Shown piece by piece: positions 61,660 through 64,000 of a stretch of DNA of 64,000 nt. Source of the DNA: Geosiphon pyriformis uo1 (lineage: Eukaryota; Fungi; Glomeromycota); NCBI GenBank assembly GCA_016748015.1, contig JAAOMT010000128.1, positions 69,538 to 133,537 on the forward strand, given 5' to 3'. Positions within the stretch are counted from its first letter, which is position 1, and each line of letters begins with the position of its first letter. The position numbers and the translations under genes are program-made. Under the pieces are notes generated by a model, which ran no database searches, had not been told where the DNA came from, and saw nothing but the letters and a program-made list of their open reading frames with translations.

Positions 61660-63042
61660 TCAATTTGATGTGTTTGGTTCAATAACTATGATTGGTTCTA
61701 GATCTCATGAAATTTCATCTGATTAAACTAGTATTCTTTGTGCTTCCAGTTGTGAAATGTTATTAGTAGATGATGATGCTATCTGGTGATATAGTTTCAG
61801 TCAATCACCATATGCTGCTTTGGCTAAGATTTTGTTGTCCCATCTTAATTTATAAGTTTCATTTCCTAGAATTTCTTTTATGTAAAATGGTCCATCTCAT
61901 TTGGGGTCAAATTTTCCATTCCATTGTTTTTCCACTTTGGTATAATGTAATAGTACTTTGTCTTCAATCTTTAATTCAATTGGTTTATTTGGTAGTTGGT
62001 TATCATGTCATTTTTTTTGCTTTTCTTGTGACTTTTGGATGTTATCAGCTGCTTTTTATAGTCTGTTTTCTAGTGTTTTCATTAAGTCATATGTTCTTCT
62101 CAACAATGTTTCTTGGAAATTATCTTCTGTTATTGGTTTAGTTGGATATGTATTGACCTCTATTTCAACTGGTAATGTTGTTGTTCTACCATATACCAAT
62201 TCAAATGGTGTTGCTTGTGTAATATCTTGCTTCATTGTCTAATAAGCAAATAATACTGATGGTATAAACAAATCCCATTTATCCTGGTTTTCTTGGCTAA
62301 TTTTGGCTATTGCTTCACACAGTATTCTGTTGAATCTTTCAACTAACCCATTTGTTTGTGGATGGTATGGTAATGATAGTGGTCTTTTTATTCTAAATCT
62401 TTGGCTTAATTCTGTTAATGTTCTATTCACAAAGTAAGTTCTTTGATCCGATAATAATTTTTTTGGACATCCATATCAACAGATCAGATCTTGATGAATG
62501 AATTTGGCAACAGATTTTGCATCTGCTTTTTGAATGGTTTTTGCTTCTGGCCATTTTGTAAGATAGTTTATAGCTACTGCAATATATCTGTTGTCTCTGC
62601 TGGTGATTTTTAATGGTCCTACCAAGTCAATTCCAATATGATCGAATGGTTGTCCCATTTTGATTAGTTTTAATGGTTCACTGGGTTTTGTTTCACCTCT
62701 TCTTTGACAAACATCACAACTTTAAATGTATTGAATAATGTCCGAATACATTGATGGCCAATAGTATTTTTTTTTAGTTCTTTCTATGGTTGTTTCTTTA
62801 TGAAAATGTCCTGCTGTTGGATCTGAATGCATATTGAACAATATTGTTTTTTTCTTTGGTTCTGTGATTATTTTGGTTGGTTAATCTGAATTCTTTTTGT
62901 TTTTCCAGTAAAGTATATTTTGGTGATTGATAAAATATTTTGATTGTTGTTTGATATTGTTTTGTTTCTTTTGAGATAATTTCTCCTTGAACAATTGGGT
63001 ATTTATATAATGTTGTAGTTGTTGGTATTTTTGGATATTCAT
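61660..63042 (-). pseudogene. Gypsy 3 integrase (separate ORF)
   Basis: Own ATG (MNIQKYQQLQHY). Motifs HSDPTAGHF...CDVC, IGIDLVGP and PYHPQTNGLVERFN. Confidence 0.9.
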
Positions 63043-63071
63043 TTTTTGTTATATTTTTGGGTTGAAATGTT

Positions 63072-64000
63072 TTAGACTTGTCTCATTTACGACAATCCAT
63101 TAGTATTTCTATTGTCTTTTCCCTTTTTATAATGTACTGTATAATTAAATAGTGAAAGTTTTATTTTCTATCTGGCATGGCAATTGTTTCCAAATTTTTG
63201 CTTCTGGATTGAAGTCAATTCTTTGTGATCCATATATATTTCAAACTTTTGGCTCAAGTATTCTTTCCATTTTATAACTGCCCAATAAATTGCTAAGTGT
63301 TCTAATGCTGGTGTTCTATAGTTTTTTTCAGCTGGACTCAAGCTTCTGTTAACATATACTACTGAATGTTCTCTTCCATCTGGTCTTTTTTGTGATAGTA
63401 CTGCTCCTAATGCTTAACCTGATGCATCAGTAGTAATGATAAATGGTTTGCTGTAATCTGGATACATCAACACCAGAGCTTGAATAAGCTTTCTTCTTAG
63501 TGTGTTGAATGCTTTTTGTTGAGCTTCTGTCCATTCATACTTTACATTCTTAGTTTGTAAATGATGGAGTGGCTGGGCCAGTTTAAAAAAGTTCCTAATA
63601 AAGTGGCAATAGTACTCTGTGAATCCCAAAAATGCTTTTAGTTTTGTAAGATTGTTTGGTACTGGAAAGTTCTTGACAACTTCAATCTTGTCTGGATCCA
63701 TTTTGATGTCATCTTTGCTCACAACATGTTCCAAGAATTTTAGTTCTGTTTTTCCAAAGAAGCATTTGTTGGCATTCAGTTTCAATTCTGCTTATTTGAG
63801 TTTTTCAAATACTTGTTGAAGATGGTAAAAATGATTATCAAATGTTTTTGAGAACACATTTGTGTCATCTAAGTAAACAACTACTGATTTTCACAGTAAT
63901 TCAGTGTAGACAATTTTCATAAGCCATTGGAATGTTGCTGGTGTATTTATCAAGCCAAATGGCATAACTTCAAATTCAAAATTCTTTTCTTATGTTGTAA
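63072..64000 (-). pseudogene. Gypsy 3 RT and RNase H (partial)
   Basis: MPFGL, YLDDT, KCFFG and TTDAS. The frame ends at TAA 63072-63074. Confidence 0.92.

Larger units (their letters stand above)
60102..64000 (-). mobile_element. Ty3/Gypsy element 3, 3' portion (continues beyond the window)
   Basis: LTR 60102-60954 (TGTTAC...GTAATA), PPT 60955-60970, ORF3, integrase, RNase H and RT (YLDDT, ~63860). Confidence 0.92.

Noticed and set aside
1-64000. Non-standard genetic code to explain the frequent stops
   Set aside because: TAA, TAG and TGA all occur, at positions where sister copies have Gln, Arg or Trp. This matches C>T/G>A mutation, not codon reassignment.

Overview
This is eukaryotic, very AT-rich, gene-free transposon sequence. 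The element families resemble those I recall from Glomeromycotina fungi such as Geosiphon pyriformis (inference, not searched). I see no host genes, RNA genes or CRISPR arrays. The window holds eight minus-strand copies of an RNase H-containing LINE (ORF1 with RRM-like region and CCHC knuckle; ORF2 APE-RT-RNaseH-Cys/His), a plus-strand ORF1-only 'half-LINE' family that shares the LINE 3' UTR, and four Ty3/Gypsy LTR elements. One Gypsy (28970-48798, TSD ATGT) sits inside a LINE and itself contains a second Gypsy (32115-41688, TSD TCGT/TTGT). The Gypsy elements share an unusual architecture across divergent families: Gag-PR-[Cys-rich unknown domain]-dUTPase-RT-RNaseH then a stop, integrase as a separate out-of-frame ORF with its own ATG, and a conserved non-env ORF3 (about 210-245 codons) ending at a GAGCTCA motif beside the PPT. 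Each family also carries its own motif array in U3, and two families carry an anti-PBS in U5. All elements are being eroded almost purely by C>T/G>A transitions. Two N gaps (40329-40495, 40625-41280) hide the inner element's PBS and gag start.
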